Source: a virus (taxonomy: Duplodnaviria; Caudoviricetes). From it: 32,779 bases of DNA. The translations under genes and the position numbers were made by a program. The notes under the pieces are model-generated. The model searched no databases. It was not told where the DNA came from and worked only from the letters and a program-made list of their open reading frames with translations. The stretch is taken from positions 1 through 32,779 of IMG/VR virus record IMGVR_UViG_3300043478_000008; one strand, written 5' to 3'. The first letter of the stretch is position 1, and every line of letters starts with the position of its first letter. Below, in pieces: positions 9,217 to 18,907 of the stretch.

Positions 9217-9508
9217 TTTTCATACGTTGCTACTTACGTGTGTTGGCGGTGGTCAAAAGGTATATTTCCAACCTCCTGAGGAATTGTCGATTGTTCATCC
9301 GTGTATTATCTACGCGAGAGACGCGGGCAACACAAGTTTCGCTGGCAACTTTCCGTACCTCTTCAAGCAGAGGTACGCGGTGACCATCCTTGATGCCAAC
9401 CCGGATTCGGCGATCATCGATAAAGTCGCAGCACTACCGCAATCCGTCTTTAACCGCCACTTCGCGGCAAACGGCCTAAACCATGACGTCTTCGTCATAT
9501 ACTTCTGA
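9200..9508 (+). CDS. Tail terminator / tail completion protein
   Basis: VYFQPP...PCIIY motif; lies immediately upstream of the major tail gene. Confidence 0.65.
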   Translation: MGRRLDFHTLLLTCVGGGQKVYFQPPEELSIVHPCIIYARDAGNTSFAGNFPYLFKQRYAVTILDANPDSAIIDKVAALPQSVFNRHFAANGLNHDVFVIYF

Positions 9509-9516
9509 GAGGGAAC

Positions 9517-10398
9517 ATGACTAAGCTTGCTTGGGATCAGACCACCAAGCGCACGTATGAGACGGGCGTCAGCAAGGGCGTTCTGTACGTGGCTGATGGT
9601 GGAACCTATCCCCTTGGTGTGGCTTGGAACGGCCTTACTACCGTTACCGAGTCTCCCACTGGCGCTGAGAGTAACAAGACCTACGCGGATAACATTCCGT
9701 ACCTGAACCTCCTGTCTCAGGAGATCTTCGGGGCTACCATCGAGGCTTACACCTTCCCGTCGGAGTTCGATGTCTGCGATGGCATTCGTTCTCCGGTCCC
9801 TGGTGCGTCGATCGCGCAGCAGCCGCGCAAGTCCTTCGGCTTCTGCTACCAGACCATCAAGGGCAATGACACGGAGGGTAACGAGTACGGCCACAAGACG
9901 CACATCGTTTACGGTGCTCTGGCTTCTCCTTCCGAGAAGGCTTACCAGACCGTAAACGAGACTCCGGCCCCGATCGACTTCAGCTGGGCGGTCTCCACGA
10001 CCCCGGTAGAGGTCGGAACGATCGACGGTGTTGACTACAAGCCGACGTCGCTTCTTGTCTTCGACTCAACGGTCGTCGACGCTGATGCTCTGGCGGCCCT
10101 GGAGGACATTCTCTACGGTACGGTCAGCGATGATCCGCGTCTGCCTCTTCCGGCCGAGATCATGGCTCTGTTCGTTGGCACCATCACCGAGGTCTTCCCG
10201 ACGGCTCCGACGTGGAGCAACGGGACCCACCTGGTGACGATCCCGGCGGTAACCGGAGTCGAGTACCGCGTCGACGGCGAGGTACTGACCGCTGGTACTC
10301 ATGCTGAGATTGCGGACTTCGTGGTCAACGCGTATCCGCTGCCGGGTTACATCTTCAGCCAGCCGTCGGATGACGACTGGTTCTTCGAATACGTCTAA
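9517..10398 (+). CDS. Major tail protein (phi13-like) with C-terminal Ig-like domain
   Basis: YETGVSKGVLY, AWNGLTTVTESPTGAE...YADNI.Y, GATIEAYTFP.EF, HIVYGA.ASPSE motifs. Confidence 0.88.
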   Translation: MTKLAWDQTTKRTYETGVSKGVLYVADGGTYPLGVAWNGLTTVTESPTGAESNKTYADNIPYLNLLSQEIFGATIEAYTFPSEFDVCDGIRSPVPGASIAQQPRKSFGFCYQTIKGNDTEGNEYGHKTHIVYGALASPSEKAYQTVNETPAPIDFSWAVSTTPVEVGTIDGVDYKPTSLLVFDSTVVDADALAALEDILYGTVSDDPRLPLPAEIMALFVGTITEVFPTAPTWSNGTHLVTIPAVTGVEYRVDGEVLTAGTHAEIADFVVNAYPLPGYIFSQPSDDDWFFEYV

Positions 10399-10425
10399 GA
10401 TCTCAAGTGAGAGGAGGATCAGAGA

Positions 10426-10977
10426 GTGCTTACTATTTCAGTTCCGTTGGACGCAAAAGAGCTGTATGACGAGAGTACGGAGACGTTCTTTACGTCAGCA
10501 ACCAAGTTTTACGAACTAGAGATGGAGCACTCTCTGGTCTCCCTTTCAAAATGGGAGTCTTTCTTCGAGAAATCTTTCATGGATACGGAGCAGAAAACTC
10601 AGGAAGAGATCTTTTGGTACGTAAAAGCAATGACTTTAACCCAAAATGTTCCTCCGGATGTTTTCGACAAGCTCTCTGATGAGAACGTTAACACTATTAA
10701 CGACTACGTGTCAGCAAAGATGACTGCGACGACATTTAGAGAAGCTAAGCCTGGGCGTAACTTAGAGACTGTCACAGCAGAGCTTATCTACTATTGGATG
10801 ATTGCTCTTAACATACCGTTCGAGTGTCAATTTTGGCATTTGAACCGACTGCTCACTTTAGTGAGGGTTTGTAATGTTAAGAACACTCCTCCTAAGAAAC
10901 TTAGCGCTGCCGAAGCTACCGCTCAGAGGAGAGCTGAGAATGAGCGTCGACGTGCAGAACTTGGATCTAGAGGCTGA
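10426..10977 (+). CDS. Tail assembly chaperone
   Basis: Follows the major tail gene; EHSLVSLSKWES and ELIYYWMI..IP.EC..WHLNRL motifs; SD GAGGAGG. Confidence 0.65.
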   Translation: MLTISVPLDAKELYDESTETFFTSATKFYELEMEHSLVSLSKWESFFEKSFMDTEQKTQEEIFWYVKAMTLTQNVPPDVFDKLSDENVNTINDYVSAKMTATTFREAKPGRNLETVTAELIYYWMIALNIPFECQFWHLNRLLTLVRVCNVKNTPPKKLSAAEATAQRRAENERRRAELGSRG

Positions 10978-10989
10978 GAGGAGGAATAG

Positions 10990-11778
10990 ATGGCCACACT
11001 TGTCTGGGGAGCAATTGGAACCCGCAAGTATGAAACCGGCCTCGACCGAGGTGTAGTTTACATCGACGAAGTAGGATTTTCCTGGAGCGGACTAGTTTCT
11101 GTTGACGAAAATCCCACTGGAGGAGAAGTCGAGTCCTATTACATCGATGGAGTTCTATACATGAACTCTCCGGGTATCGAGGATTTCGGGGCTTCTATTT
11201 CTGCTTTCTACAGTCCTGTAGAATTCGATGCTTGCGAGGGCGTAGGCGTCTCTCAGCCGGGGTTCCTTGCTGGCCAACAGCGTCGAAAGGCCTTTGGTCT
11301 TAGCTATAGGACTAGAATCGGCAACGATACTGAGGCTGCCAATTACGGTTACAAGATCCACTTGATCTACAACGCCGTGGTAGCACCACCCAAACGGGGC
11401 TACAAGACCCAAGGTGAGAAAATCGACCCATCACTCTTGAGCTGGGACTTTAGAGCTAAACCAGTTCCAATCCCAGGACTTATGCGAAGTGCTCATATCA
11501 TAATTGACAGCACGAGCGCTCCCGCATTCGGTTTGATCGAGCTCGAAAACATTCTCTACGGAACCTCCGAGATTGACCCACGTCTCCCGACTCCTGAAGA
11601 AATTTCAGCCATGTTCGAGGGGACCTCGGAATTCACAGTAACCGACCTCGGTGGAGGATCCTTCCGGATTTCTGGGTCTAGCATCGAAGTTGCTATTATC
11701 GACGAAGGTGTTTACCAGATCGATTCGGACGGCGTAACCCTAACTGGCCCAGATACATACGAAATCACAAGCCCATAA
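10990..11778 (+). CDS. Second major tail protein paralogue
   Basis: YETGLDRGVVY, WSGLVSVDENPTGGE, GYKIHLIYNA and DPRLPTP align by eye to 9517..10398. Confidence 0.8.
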   Translation: MATLVWGAIGTRKYETGLDRGVVYIDEVGFSWSGLVSVDENPTGGEVESYYIDGVLYMNSPGIEDFGASISAFYSPVEFDACEGVGVSQPGFLAGQQRRKAFGLSYRTRIGNDTEAANYGYKIHLIYNAVVAPPKRGYKTQGEKIDPSLLSWDFRAKPVPIPGLMRSAHIIIDSTSAPAFGLIELENILYGTSEIDPRLPTPEEISAMFEGTSEFTVTDLGGGSFRISGSSIEVAIIDEGVYQIDSDGVTLTGPDTYEITSP

Positions 11779-11795
11779 CCGAAGGAGGGTGACAT

Positions 11796-12518
11796 ATGGC
11801 TACCGGTGTATTTCTTGACGCGGAAGCGACTCAAGCGCTTTTTGGCGAAACTGTAGTAGGCGCATCCATCGACGGTACTGGGCGCCTTGTTCTTACCATG
11901 GGCGACGCTTCTACCGTCGTCATTGGTTACGTTCGTAACCACCACGAACTGCTGAACCTTGAAGACGATGATCACGAGCAATACGCTTTGGCAGATGGAA
12001 CGCGAGGTGATTTCGCCACGACAGACCAGGGTGATAAGGCTGATGCGGCTCGGGTGAATTTGGTAACTCTGAGTGATGTCGTGGAATTTCTTGGCGGATC
12101 AGGAACTGTCGCTGAAAATTTTCTAATCACAAACGACGATACAGACACGACCGATTGGCCTAATCGTTGGTCGATGCAATATCGCGATAACGATACGACA
12201 GCGACTCCTCGTAACGTGTTCGCTTTGAATGAGTACGGCGAAGCGCGTCTTGCCTCGGCTAAGCACAATACGGTCGCGCTTCGAGTGTTCAATGAAGAGA
12301 ACCCGCTGAATCACACTGGGGCTAGGTCAACCACAGTTCCGATCATTGAACTTATGGACAACCGAACGGATCGTAATCACTTGTGGGGGGTATATTCTGC
12401 AGGTCAGATTAAAATCCAGGCGGGCCAAATTCCAGTTGCATATACCATCGTGCTAGGCCCCTCAGATACAGTCCCTACCGGAACTCCTGCAGGTACGGTA
12501 ATCGTTAGGACAACGTAA
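11796..12518 (+). CDS. Minor tail / fibre-associated protein
   Basis: Within the tail module; SD GGAGG; ends in IVLGPSDTVPTGTPAGTVIVRT, a fibre-junction-like motif. Confidence 0.5.
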   Translation: MATGVFLDAEATQALFGETVVGASIDGTGRLVLTMGDASTVVIGYVRNHHELLNLEDDDHEQYALADGTRGDFATTDQGDKADAARVNLVTLSDVVEFLGGSGTVAENFLITNDDTDTTDWPNRWSMQYRDNDTTATPRNVFALNEYGEARLASAKHNTVALRVFNEENPLNHTGARSTTVPIIELMDNRTDRNHLWGVYSAGQIKIQAGQIPVAYTIVLGPSDTVPTGTPAGTVIVRTT

Positions 12519-13270
12519 TGACTACCACTACTATCACCTTCGACGGTGGATCAGTTGGTAGCAACATTGCGGCTGGTTCTAATGGTATTGACAGTGTCCC
12601 AGACGCTCTACTTCCGAAGTTCTCCACAGGTTTTCATGGCGCAGCTCAGGTTACTTCGGGCACGTCAAGTAATACCGCGGATTCAAGGTTTCGAGTTGAT
12701 CTAGGCTTGTCTGGTGATCACTTCGGCTCCATATATTTGAAGATGAATACCAATCACACGAGCTCTGGTAACTTCGTGACTTTCTTGAGCTGGGCAAACT
12801 CTGGAAACACCATCCTTGCTTCCCTTCGATGCGGCTCCTCACGGGAGTTCAACATTCGATCGGGAACGAGCACTGTTGTCCGAGCGGGTTCCTCGAATGA
12901 GATCCCAGCCGCGGGTTCTGAATGGCGATGCGACTGGCAGTACACAGGAACCACAGTCAACTGGCGGATATTTTACAACCCAGAAGCTCTGGTCGGAGAC
13001 ACTCCAGATCTTTCGGGTAGCTTCAGCGCAGCAGCTGGAACTGTGGCCAAATTGGTGCTCGGCGTTCAGTCGAGCCAGACGATCGTCAAGCACTGGTCTC
13101 ACGACACGGTGAGAGCTCGTAACACGGGTTCCTGGTGGGATCCGTTCAACCCGCCTCCGGTGGGCCCAACGTACAAGGTCTGGAACGGTTCCGCTGAGGT
13201 AGCAGCCACTGCCAAGGTCTGGAACGGTTCCGCTGAGGTAGCAATCGGTTCGTGGGACGTGTCCACCTAA
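12518..13270 (+). CDS. Putative lectin/beta-sandwich receptor-binding or decoration protein
   Basis: TAATG coupling to the previous gene; Ser/Gly/Thr/Trp-rich; Pro linker then duplicated KVWNGSAEVA. Confidence 0.5.
   Translation: MTTTTITFDGGSVGSNIAAGSNGIDSVPDALLPKFSTGFHGAAQVTSGTSSNTADSRFRVDLGLSGDHFGSIYLKMNTNHTSSGNFVTFLSWANSGNTILASLRCGSSREFNIRSGTSTVVRAGSSNEIPAAGSEWRCDWQYTGTTVNWRIFYNPEALVGDTPDLSGSFSAAAGTVAKLVLGVQSSQTIVKHWSHDTVRARNTGSWWDPFNPPPVGPTYKVWNGSAEVAATAKVWNGSAEVAIGSWDVST
13174..13243 (+). repeat. 31-bp perfect direct repeat, two copies with 39-bp period, in frame
   Basis: CAAGGTCTGGAACGGTTCCGCTGAGGTAGCA at 13174-13204 and 13213-13243. Confidence 0.95.
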
Positions 13271-13287
13271 CAGTCAAAGGAGCCAAC

Positions 13288-13671
13288 GTGATTTCGGTCA
13301 ACTCGTCTGGCTCGTTTGATAAGACGACGCGGTTCCTTCAATCCATGACTCATATTACTGAAACAGTCCTTCGGGCGATGCACGAGTGTGGTCAGCAGGG
13401 GGTCACGGCTCTCTCTGACCACACTCCAACGTCGACTGGGAGAACTGCTCACTCGTGGGGATACAAGGTCGAGGGCGATTCTAAGGGTTGCTCGATCACT
13501 TGGACAAATTCGGATATCGAGAACGGTTTCCCTGTGGCGATCATGCTTCAGTACGGATACGCAACCGGAACCGGCGGTTACGTCCAAGGTCGAGACTACA
13601 TTAACCCATCGGTCAAGCCCATATTTGACCAAATCTCGGACAAGATCTGGAAGGCGGTGACCTCAGCATGA
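13288..13671 (+). CDS. HK97 gp10-like neck/tail component
   Basis: SD AAAGGAG, GTG 13288; TP..TG..A.SW.Y and LQYGY.T..GGYV.GRDYINP motifs. Confidence 0.75.
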   Translation: MISVNSSGSFDKTTRFLQSMTHITETVLRAMHECGQQGVTALSDHTPTSTGRTAHSWGYKVEGDSKGCSITWTNSDIENGFPVAIMLQYGYATGTGGYVQGRDYINPSVKPIFDQISDKIWKAVTSA

Positions 13672-16600
13672 GCAGTGTGGACGATCGCGTCGTTAAAATG
13701 GAATTCGATAATGTACAATTCCAGAAAGGCGTCAAGGACACGCTTGCGTCCTTGGACCTGTTGAACAAGGGGCTTAAGCTCGAAGGAGCCGCCAAGGGAA
13801 TCAACGATATTTCTACAGCAGCATCGAGGTTTTCCCTCGCGAATATTGCTACTGGGGTAGAAAATATCGCCAATAAGTTCAAAACTCTCTCGATTGTTGG
13901 TGTTGCAGCACTAACGACACTCGTTTCGAAGGCTGTAAACTCCGGTCTGGCCATATCTAAGTCTCTCACTATATCCCCGATCCTTCAGGGGTACCAGGAG
14001 TATGAGACTCAACTAAACTCGATCCAGACGATTCTGGCTAACACTTCTGCTGAGGGAACTAAGCTTAAGAACGTCACAGACGCTCTTAATATTCTTAATA
14101 CTTACGCAGACAAGACGATCTATAACTTCTCCGAGATGACTCGGAACATCGGTACCTTCACTGCCGCGGGCGTGAGTCTCAATACATCCGTCGAGGCTAT
14201 CAAGGGTATCGCAAACCTTGCAGCTCTCTCGGGTTCCAATGCCGAACAAGCCTCGACAGCTATGTACCAGTTGTCTCAGGCCATTGCCGCCAACAAGGTA
14301 GGACTGCAGGACTGGAACTCCGTAGTCAATGCCGGTATGGGCGGTAAGGTCTTCCAAAAGGCCTTGTTTGACACTGCAAAAGTTATGGGTACAATCAAGA
14401 CAAATGCCCCAGATTTCGATCACTGGACCAAGGCTGGGAATTCCTTCCGTAACTCCCTTCAGGACGGATGGCTTACCGGTAAGGTTCTGACAGAGACTCT
14501 TAAGAAATTCACTGGCGACCTAACCGCCGCGCAACTCAAGGCGATGGGTTACAACGACCAGGAGATTCTCCAGATCCAGAAGATGGCTAAGACCGCCAAC
14601 GACGCTGCCACTAAGGTCAAGACGTTCTCTCAGCTCCTGGATACACTCAAGGAAGCCGTCGGATCTGGATGGGCTACTACTTGGCAGATCGTCTTCGGCG
14701 ACTTTGACGAAGCAAAGACTCTTTGGACCGGCGTCAGCAATGTCATGGGCGGCTTCATCGGCGCCTCGGCTAAGGCTCGTAACCAGGTACTATCCGACTG
14801 GAAAGCCCTTGGCGGCCGAGCTGTACTGATCGAGGCTATCGGAGAGATCTTTAGGAATCTCCTCAACATTCTGAAGCCGATCAAGGATGCTTTCCGAGAA
14901 ATCTTCCCGGCAACGACCGGTAAGGATCTCCTCAATCTGACTCTAGGCTTGGAGAACTTCGCTAAGAGTCTCCGGATCGGAGCGGACACCGCAGAGAAGA
15001 TCAAGCGGTCGTTCGCTGGTGTCTTTGCCGTGTTCCGTATCGGTTGGGACATAGTCAAGGGTGTTGCGTCGGTATTCGTTCGAGTGTTCAAGGAGCTCAC
15101 CAAGGGCTCTGGAACCATTCTCGACACAACTGCCAAAATGGGAGACCTTTTAGTCAAGCTTAAAGACTGGCTTGAGCATGGCGACCGTATTGGTAAGTTC
15201 TTCGACAAGATTGGCGACTATGTTGTCAAGCCTATCGAAGCTCTCAAGAAGTTCTTCTCGTGGATTACGGACGCCTGGAAGGGCGTTGACAAACTAGCCA
15301 AGCCAGCAGCCGAAGGTCTGCACAAGACCCTTGCTCCTATGGAGGGTCTCGGTAACAGACTGCTAAGTATCTGGACTGGTTTCAAGAACGTCCTAGTAGC
15401 CACAGGCCGATTCCTAAAGCCTATTGGCGTAGCGATCGGGAAGTTCTTCACAGGCGTTGTCGAAAAGATCAAATCCAGCTTTGGTGACATAAACTACGAT
15501 CACCTGTTCGATGGATTGAACGTAGGACTTCTAGGCACAATCGCGATCATCCTAAAGAAGATCCTGAGTGGAGGTCTTAAGCTCGACTTCACGGGTGGTC
15601 TATTCGATAAGATGAAGGAAGCGTTCGAGGGTCTCACAGGTACGCTCAAGACGATGCAGTTGCAGCTCAAGGCTAACGCTTTGATCAAGATTGCTGCTGC
15701 AATTGCACTTCTTACGGTGTCTGTGATCGCGCTTTCCCTGATTGACTCCAAGAAGTTGACCACGGCCACTGGTGCGCTTACAGTTATGTTTGCGGATCTT
15801 CTGGGTTCTCTTGCTATATTTGAGAAGATCACTAAGAATCAGGGCTTCGTCAAGATGCCTTTGGTCACGGCTTCTCTGATTGCGCTGGCCATCGCGCTTG
15901 ACTTGATGACTATCGCTGTCAAGAACATGTCAGAACTTAACTGGAACGAGCTGGCCCGTGGTCTGACCGGTCTTGCGGTTGTCATGGGCATCATGGTCGT
16001 GGCGACCACCCTGTTGCCGAAAGAGAGCCTTATTTCGACTGGCGTTGGTATGGTTATTCTGGGCGCGTCCCTGAAGATCATTGCCAGTGCTATGAAGGAT
16101 TTCGCTAGCGTATCGTGGTCAGACATGGCCAAGGGTCTTGCTGGCGTGGCTCTAGTTCTGGGAGCTCTGGTCTTAGTAAGTAAGACCATGGCCAAGAGCA
16201 AGGGTGGCATATTCGAAGACCTGGAATTCATCCTCCTTGCCGCATCGGTGAAGATCCTGGCAGTCGCTGTTGGAGACTTTGGAAAGTTGTCTTGGGGAAA
16301 TATTGCCAAGGGTCTAGTCGCAATGGCTGGTGCTCTGACCATCATGGTCACCGCGATCGACCTCATGCCTCCCACAGCAGCACTTAGCGCCGCGGGAATT
16401 TTGGTAGCATCTCTGGCTCTCGGCAAGATCGCCGACGCTCTAGGTACGATGGGTAAGATGTCATGGGGTGCGATCGGAAAGAGTCTCGTCGAGTTCTTCG
16501 GCGCGATGACGATCCTGACTCTGGCTTTGGATCTCATTGACCCGGCAGCGCCTCTTGCTGCGGTCGCTATCTATATTACTGCTCTTGCTCTGGACAAGGT

Positions 16601-18092
16601 AGCCACGGTACTTGACCACTTCGCCACGATGTCTTGGGGCGAGATTGGCAAGGCTATGGTGGTCCTCGCCGGCTCTCTAGGCATCATCGCAGTCGCGCTT
16701 GATTTCATGGTCGAAGCTCTTCCTGGAGCAGCGGCTCTGATAATCGTCACAGCGGCACTGGTTCTCCTAGCGCCAGTCCTCCTTCTGTTCGGCAAGATGA
16801 GCTGGGGTGAAATTGGTAAGGGACTTGTCTTGCTGGCCGGAGCGTTCGCGGCTATTGGCATTGGCGGTCTTCTTATTGCTCCTGCAGTGCCCTTCCTGTT
16901 CGCATTCGCGGCAGCCGTGGCACTCATCGGCGCCGGAGTCGCTCTGGCTGGCGCAGGAATGTTCCTGTTCGCGGCAGGTTTGGCGGCAGTAGCTGGCGCT
17001 GGGGCGATCGGAACTAAGGTACTAGGCGACATGGTCTCGACCTTGGCCGGTCTTATTCCTCTGGTTCTTAAGAAACTCGGCGAAGGCATCGTCTTATTTG
17101 CCAAGGTCATTGCTACTGCGGGCCCAGCATTCACGGAAGCAATCACGACGGTTCTTAACTCGTTCATGGACGCCATCATCAAGTTGACTCCCAAGATCGG
17201 TACCGTCTTCCAGGTTATTCTGACGCTGCTTCTTACCCTTGCGGTGAGAAACATCCCGAAGATGGTAGACGCTGGTCTAAAGATTCTACTTGGTTTCCTG
17301 AGTGGGATTAACGACAATATCGGTAAGGTCATTACCGTTGCGACTAGCATCATCGTTAATTTCCTGGACGGGATCTCTAAGAATTTGCCAAGAGTGATCG
17401 ATTCAGGGATAAAGTTGGTCATCGCATTTGTAAATGGATTAGCCAAGGGAATTCGCGATAACACGGCAGGCATGGAAGCTGCTGGAAGGAATTTGGCTGG
17501 CTCAATCATCGACGGTCTGACCGGCGGTTTGTTCAGTGGAATCGGCAGGGTAGTCAACTCGGCTAAGAACGTGGCTCAGAAGGCTCTAGACGCCATCGGT
17601 AATGTATTCGACATCGGTTCCCCATCCAAAGAAACGCATAAACTTGGTCAGTTCTTCAGTCAAGGCCTGGCCAACGGCGTCTCTGATTTCGCTCACGTTG
17701 TGGGCACTGCTTCAGAGAAGGTTGGCACCACGGCAATCGAGTCTCTGAAGAACTCTCTTACTGGGGTATCGTCTCTGGTTAATGACCACATGGATTTGCG
17801 TCCGGTTATTACACCGGTACTAGACCTTACTGACGTAAGGAAGAGTGCTGCTCAGCTCGGAGGCGTCCTGGCTATTACCCCGGTCTCAGTTAGGACCTCA
17901 GCGTCCAGTGCTGCTAACGGGTTCCAGGGCAACGTTGACACCCGCAATAGCAGACCGGATGATCCTCGTGATCCTCCAATGGAGGCTACGGTCTACAACC
18001 AGTACAACAATTCGCCGAAGGCTCTGTCTTCTGCGGAGATCTACCGTAATACAAGGAACCAGTTGTCGTCTACGAAGGGAGCGTTGCCTTAA
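13668..18092 (+). CDS. Tape measure protein
   Basis: 1474 aa, Ala/Leu/Gly-rich helical; tape-measure domain (YADKTIYNF.EMT.NIG.FTAAG); periodic SW.EIGK repeats; IGSPSK motif. Confidence 0.95.
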   Translation: MSSVDDRVVKMEFDNVQFQKGVKDTLASLDLLNKGLKLEGAAKGINDISTAASRFSLANIATGVENIANKFKTLSIVGVAALTTLVSKAVNSGLAISKSLTISPILQGYQEYETQLNSIQTILANTSAEGTKLKNVTDALNILNTYADKTIYNFSEMTRNIGTFTAAGVSLNTSVEAIKGIANLAALSGSNAEQASTAMYQLSQAIAANKVGLQDWNSVVNAGMGGKVFQKALFDTAKVMGTIKTNAPDFDHWTKAGNSFRNSLQDGWLTGKVLTETLKKFTGDLTAAQLKAMGYNDQEILQIQKMAKTANDAATKVKTFSQLLDTLKEAVGSGWATTWQIVFGDFDEAKTLWTGVSNVMGGFIGASAKARNQVLSDWKALGGRAVLIEAIGEIFRNLLNILKPIKDAFREIFPATTGKDLLNLTLGLENFAKSLRIGADTAEKIKRSFAGVFAVFRIGWDIVKGVASVFVRVFKELTKGSGTILDTTAKMGDLLVKLKDWLEHGDRIGKFFDKIGDYVVKPIEALKKFFSWITDAWKGVDKLAKPAAEGLHKTLAPMEGLGNRLLSIWTGFKNVLVATGRFLKPIGVAIGKFFTGVVEKIKSSFGDINYDHLFDGLNVGLLGTIAIILKKILSGGLKLDFTGGLFDKMKEAFEGLTGTLKTMQLQLKANALIKIAAAIALLTVSVIALSLIDSKKLTTATGALTVMFADLLGSLAIFEKITKNQGFVKMPLVTASLIALAIALDLMTIAVKNMSELNWNELARGLTGLAVVMGIMVVATTLLPKESLISTGVGMVILGASLKIIASAMKDFASVSWSDMAKGLAGVALVLGALVLVSKTMAKSKGGIFEDLEFILLAASVKILAVAVGDFGKLSWGNIAKGLVAMAGALTIMVTAIDLMPPTAALSAAGILVASLALGKIADALGTMGKMSWGAIGKSLVEFFGAMTILTLALDLIDPAAPLAAVAIYITALALDKVATVLDHFATMSWGEIGKAMVVLAGSLGIIAVALDFMVEALPGAAALIIVTAALVLLAPVLLLFGKMSWGEIGKGLVLLAGAFAAIGIGGLLIAPAVPFLFAFAAAVALIGAGVALAGAGMFLFAAGLAAVAGAGAIGTKVLGDMVSTLAGLIPLVLKKLGEGIVLFAKVIATAGPAFTEAITTVLNSFMDAIIKLTPKIGTVFQVILTLLLTLAVRNIPKMVDAGLKILLGFLSGINDNIGKVITVATSIIVNFLDGISKNLPRVIDSGIKLVIAFVNGLAKGIRDNTAGMEAAGRNLAGSIIDGLTGGLFSGIGRVVNSAKNVAQKALDAIGNVFDIGSPSKETHKLGQFFSQGLANGVSDFAHVVGTASEKVGTTAIESLKNSLTGVSSLVNDHMDLRPVITPVLDLTDVRKSAAQLGGVLAITPVSVRTSASSAANGFQGNVDTRNSRPDDPRDPPMEATVYNQYNNSPKALSSAEIYRNTRNQLSSTKGALP

Positions 18093-18907
18093 TGCTGAGT
18101 AAAGTTGAAGCAAGAAACCCGCAAGGCGACCTTCTTACGTTCCTACTGGAAGACGACTCGACAGGGTTCCTGGTCAAAGATATTGTGGGCCTAGATCCTG
18201 TCAATGCCACGCTGACCAAATCTGACTTCGCTCAACAGGACGGAACGCAGTTCAACGCTGCCCGTCGTGAGGATCGGAACATTGTCATTAAGTTGAAATT
18301 GGCTCCGGCGGACTCCGACACATCAGTTGGTGATCTTCGGGAGCAGCTATATTCCTTCTTCATGCCTAAAGTTCCGGTAGATCTTCGGTTCTACGACGGA
18401 TCTCGTGTGGTTAATTCCTCGGGTAGAGTGGAGTCCTGCGTGGCTCCACTCTTCACCAAGACCCCTGGAGCGGATATTTCGATCATATGTTTTGATCCGG
18501 ACTTTATCGGGTTGGAGGCGGTGGAGCTTGAGGGGTTCACCGTCTCCGACACCACGGAGACTTTGATCCCTTACGCTGGCACCAGTGATACTGGGGTTCT
18601 ATTCACGCTCAATCTGGATAGAACCGAGACGGACTTCACCATATTCCACAGGGCCCCGAGCGGAATCGTTACCCAAATGGCGTTTACAATCAGCCTTGTC
18701 TCAGGAGATGTGGTAACAGTCAGCACGATAACTGGGGATAAGTATGTGAAGTTGGTTCACAGCAGCGTCGAAACTGACGTTCTATACGCCCTTGACGGAT
18801 CCAATTGGGTTACCCTGGCAAAAGGTAACAACTATATTCGGGTATACGCCACCGGAGCTGAAATCCCGTACACTCTTTCGTACATTAACAGGTACGGAGG
18901 TTTGTAA
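18092..18907 (+). CDS. Distal tail protein (Dit)
   Basis: Coupled to the tape measure stop; GL.P...DG......RNIV...DP.F and L.KG.N motifs. Confidence 0.8.
   Translation: MLSKVEARNPQGDLLTFLLEDDSTGFLVKDIVGLDPVNATLTKSDFAQQDGTQFNAARREDRNIVIKLKLAPADSDTSVGDLREQLYSFFMPKVPVDLRFYDGSRVVNSSGRVESCVAPLFTKTPGADISIICFDPDFIGLEAVELEGFTVSDTTETLIPYAGTSDTGVLFTLNLDRTETDFTIFHRAPSGIVTQMAFTISLVSGDVVTVSTITGDKYVKLVHSSVETDVLYALDGSNWVTLAKGNNYIRVYATGAEIPYTLSYINRYGGL

Noticed and set aside
10426-10990. Programmed frameshift in the tail assembly chaperone
   Set aside because: No clear slippery heptamer or extended second frame; the next gene has its own SD and is a tail-tube paralogue.
13174-13243. Diversity-generating retroelement TR/VR pair
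   Set aside because: The copies are short, adjacent and identical with no adenine-specific mismatches, and there is no reverse transcriptase in the window.
14013-17557. Series of long antisense ORFs within the tape measure gene
   Set aside because: Low-complexity shadows of Ala/Leu/Gly codons; no independent signals.
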